Shown here piece by piece: positions 61,075-62,719 of a stretch of DNA of 62,719 bases. The notes under the pieces were generated by a model. That model saw nothing but the letters and a program-made list of their open reading frames with translations, was not told where the DNA came from and did not search any database. The stretch is from positions 1-62,719 of the forward strand of contig JANNNS010000338.1 of the NCBI GenBank assembly GCA_031398645.1. Direction: 5' to 3'. The stretch is from Acidobacteriota bacterium (GTDB lineage: Bacteria; Acidobacteriota; Blastocatellia; Pyrinomonadales; Pyrinomonadaceae). Position 1 is the stretch's first letter, and every line of letters begins with the position of its first letter. A program made the translations under genes and the position numbers.

Positions 61075-62719
61075 ATGAAAAGAAATCTGATGTGTGTAGG
61101 ACTCGTTTGTCTCGTCGCGGTTGCGGCAGCTAATGCTCTCGGTTTTGGCACTACACCGGTTCCGACTACGCGACTGCAAACGCGTTACTCCGGACTGACC
61201 TCCCCGATCTATCTTACGCATGCCGGCGACGGCACGAAGAGGGTATTCATTGTAGAGCGCGCCGGAATAATTAAAGTGGTGCAGCCCGGGTCCAATACGC
61301 CGTCAAACTTTCTCAATATCTCCACGCTGACGACGGTCGACGGCGAGCGCGGCCTATTGAGCGTCGCTTTTCACCCGCAGTACGAGACGAACCGAAGATT
61401 CTTCTGTTACTTCACCCGGGCCTCTGACGGCGCGATCCAGATAAGCGAATTTACGGCGTCGGAATCGAACCCGAACGTTGCTAACACAGCCGAGAAACCG
61501 ATCATTACGATCCCACATCCGACAAATTCTAACCACAATGGTGGAACACTTGCCTTCGGTGCGGATGGATACCTGTACGCTGGCCCTGGCGACGGGGGCA
61601 GCGGAAACGATCCGCCAAACAACGCGCAGAACCTGAATTCACTTCTCGGGAAGATGATCCGCATCGATGTGGATGTTCCTGCGCAACAAATACCTGCCTA
61701 TAACATTCCGTCGTCCAATCCCTTTGCTGGTGCGACGCCGGGAGCCGACGAGATCTTTGCCGTCGGCCTTCGAAATCCTTTCCGCTGGTCGTTCGATCGC
61801 GGCGGTACCAATCAGCTGTGGTTAGGTGACGTAGGGCAAAATGCTTGGGAAGAGGTCGACATTATCGTAAACGGCGGAAACTATGGCTGGCGTGTTTATG
61901 AGGGAAATACTTGTACAGGACTTGGACCAGCGACGTGTACGCCTGCTAATTACGTCGCGCCAGTGTTTGTCTATAGCAGCCAGAATACGACCTCGCGATG
62001 TTCGATAACCGGCGGATACGTATACCGCGGGAGCCTGGGTACGCTGCCGAATGGATCGTATATCTACGGCGATTACTGCACCGGCGAGGTATTGCTCTGG
62101 CACGAGGGCCAACAACTGCCACTTCACGATATCGCCGATTTTAACCTGGTTTCCTTTGGCGAAGATGAGGATGGCGAACTTTACATCGTCTACGCGAACA
62201 CCGGCAACATCCAGAAGATCGTTCCTGCAAAGGCTTCGGCGGATTTTGATGGGGATTTTCGAACGGATCTTTCGGTGTATAGGCCGGGAGATAATACCTG
62301 GTATCTGAGAAGCACCGCGAATAATGCTATCCAGATCCAGCCTTTTGGTGCCGCAGGCGACATTCCGGCCTCTGAGGACTTCGACGGGGACCGTCGATCG
62401 GATATCGGCGTATTTCGTCCGGCCACGGGGACGTGGTATTACATTCGCAGTTCAGACCTAACGTTCAACGTTAGAAGTTGGGGCGAAAATGGTGACCTTC
62501 CTGCGTCCGGAGACTACGATGGCGACGGCCGGGCAGATCTCGTTGTATTCAGGCCGCTGAACGGTTCGTGGTACGTAAATCGATCTTCAGATAATGGGAT
62601 CACAACTACTCAGTGGGGAGTCGCGGGTGATACACCGGTGCAAGGTGACTATGACGGCGACGGTCGCGATGATATCGCGGTCTGGCGTTCGACTGACGGT
62701 AGATGGTACTCGATAAACA
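61075..62719 (+). CDS. Exported PQQ-type glucose/sorbosone dehydrogenase-like beta-propeller fused to C-terminal FG-GAP/VCBS repeats (partial, continues past the right edge)
   Basis: Absent from the track because the frame runs off the window. Manual translation from the ATG at 61075: MKRNLMCVGLVCLVAVAAANALG... (signal peptide). GSDH blocks: DGTKRVFIVERAGIIKVV, GERGLLSVAFHPQY, HNGGTLAFGADGYLYAGPGDGGSGNDP, NLNSLLGKMIRIDVD. From about 62240 come FG-GAP repeats (DFDGDFRTDLSVYRPGDNTWY, DFDGDRRSDIGVFRPATGTWY, DYDGDGRADLVVFRPLNGSWY, DYDGDGRDDIAVWRSTDGRWY). Confidence 0.85.
   Translation, partial: MKRNLMCVGLVCLVAVAAANALGFGTTPVPTTRLQTRYSGLTSPIYLTHAGDGTKRVFIVERAGIIKVVQPGSNTPSNFLNISTLTTVDGERGLLSVAFHPQYETNRRFFCYFTRASDGAIQISEFTASESNPNVANTAEKPIITIPHPTNSNHNGGTLAFGADGYLYAGPGDGGSGNDPPNNAQNLNSLLGKMIRIDVDVPAQQIPAYNIPSSNPFAGATPGADEIFAVGLRNPFRWSFDRGGTNQLWLGDVGQNAWEEVDIIVNGGNYGWRVYEGNTCTGLGPATCTPANYVAPVFVYSSQNTTSRCSITGGYVYRGSLGTLPNGSYIYGDYCTGEVLLWHEGQQLPLHDIADFNLVSFGEDEDGELYIVYANTGNIQKIVPAKASADFDGDFRTDLSVYRPGDNTWYLRSTANNAIQIQPFGAAGDIPASEDFDGDRRSDIGVFRPATGTWYYIRSSDLTFNVRSWGENGDLPASGDYDGDGRADLVVFRPLNGSWYVNRSSDNGITTTQWGVAGDTPVQGDYDGDGRDDIAVWRSTDGRWYSIN

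Overview
This is about 62.7 kb of chromosomal DNA with roughly 45 protein genes and one tRNA-Thr(UGU). I saw no rRNA, CRISPR array, transposase, integrase or reverse transcriptase. The gene content looks Acidobacteriota-like, but that is inference only. It rests on a CarboxypepD_reg-type TonB-dependent receptor, a TIGR03436-style VWA protein and many FG-GAP/VCBS surface proteins.

Blocks:
- (A) 1-10.9 kb, all on the minus strand. It starts with an operon of ECF sigma factor, single-pass anti-sigma-like protein and exported TPR-CHAT caspase-fold protease, which has its own terminator. Next come three orphan exported proteins, a 167-aa orphan and a signal-less metzincin. The block ends with the 5' end of a type VI secretion (T6SS) vgrG, found by manual translation because the ORF track misses it at the window edge.
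- (B) 11.4-27.0 kb, a SusD-less starch/maltodextrin utilisation locus. It encodes a ROK regulator, a TonB-dependent receptor, three exported GH13 enzymes, cytoplasmic MalQ, an MFS sugar symporter and an exported GH15 glucoamylase. Palindromic candidate operators sit at two promoters.
- (C) 27.3-35.5 kb, housekeeping and miscellaneous genes: tRNA-Thr, lon, an MltD-like lytic transglycosylase, a GntR regulator and a TylF-type methyltransferase.
- (D) 35.6-42.1 kb, an Rrf2-regulator redox/electrophile cluster (yceI, two quinone oxidoreductases, an SDR, ydeI, a transglutaminase-like gene, osmC, trxA). Three copies of a TGTAnC-N7-GTTACA box lie in its non-coding DNA.
- (E) 42.2-62.7 kb, surface and envelope genes. 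These include three FG-GAP/VCBS proteins with different N-terminal modules (LTD-CHRD, none, PQQ-type sugar dehydrogenase) and a 1736-aa fibre-like protein built from YadA-head-like repeats plus seven tandem 87-95-aa modules. The block also holds a PDZ/polytopic/GAF/PP2C phosphatase, deoB, a DUF885 gene, an esterase-TPR fusion and tsaD.

The best candidate for an uncharacterised system is the sigma / anti-sigma / exported TPR-CHAT module and the same-strand orphan genes leading to vgrG. All functional calls come from motif recognition by eye; no database search was possible.
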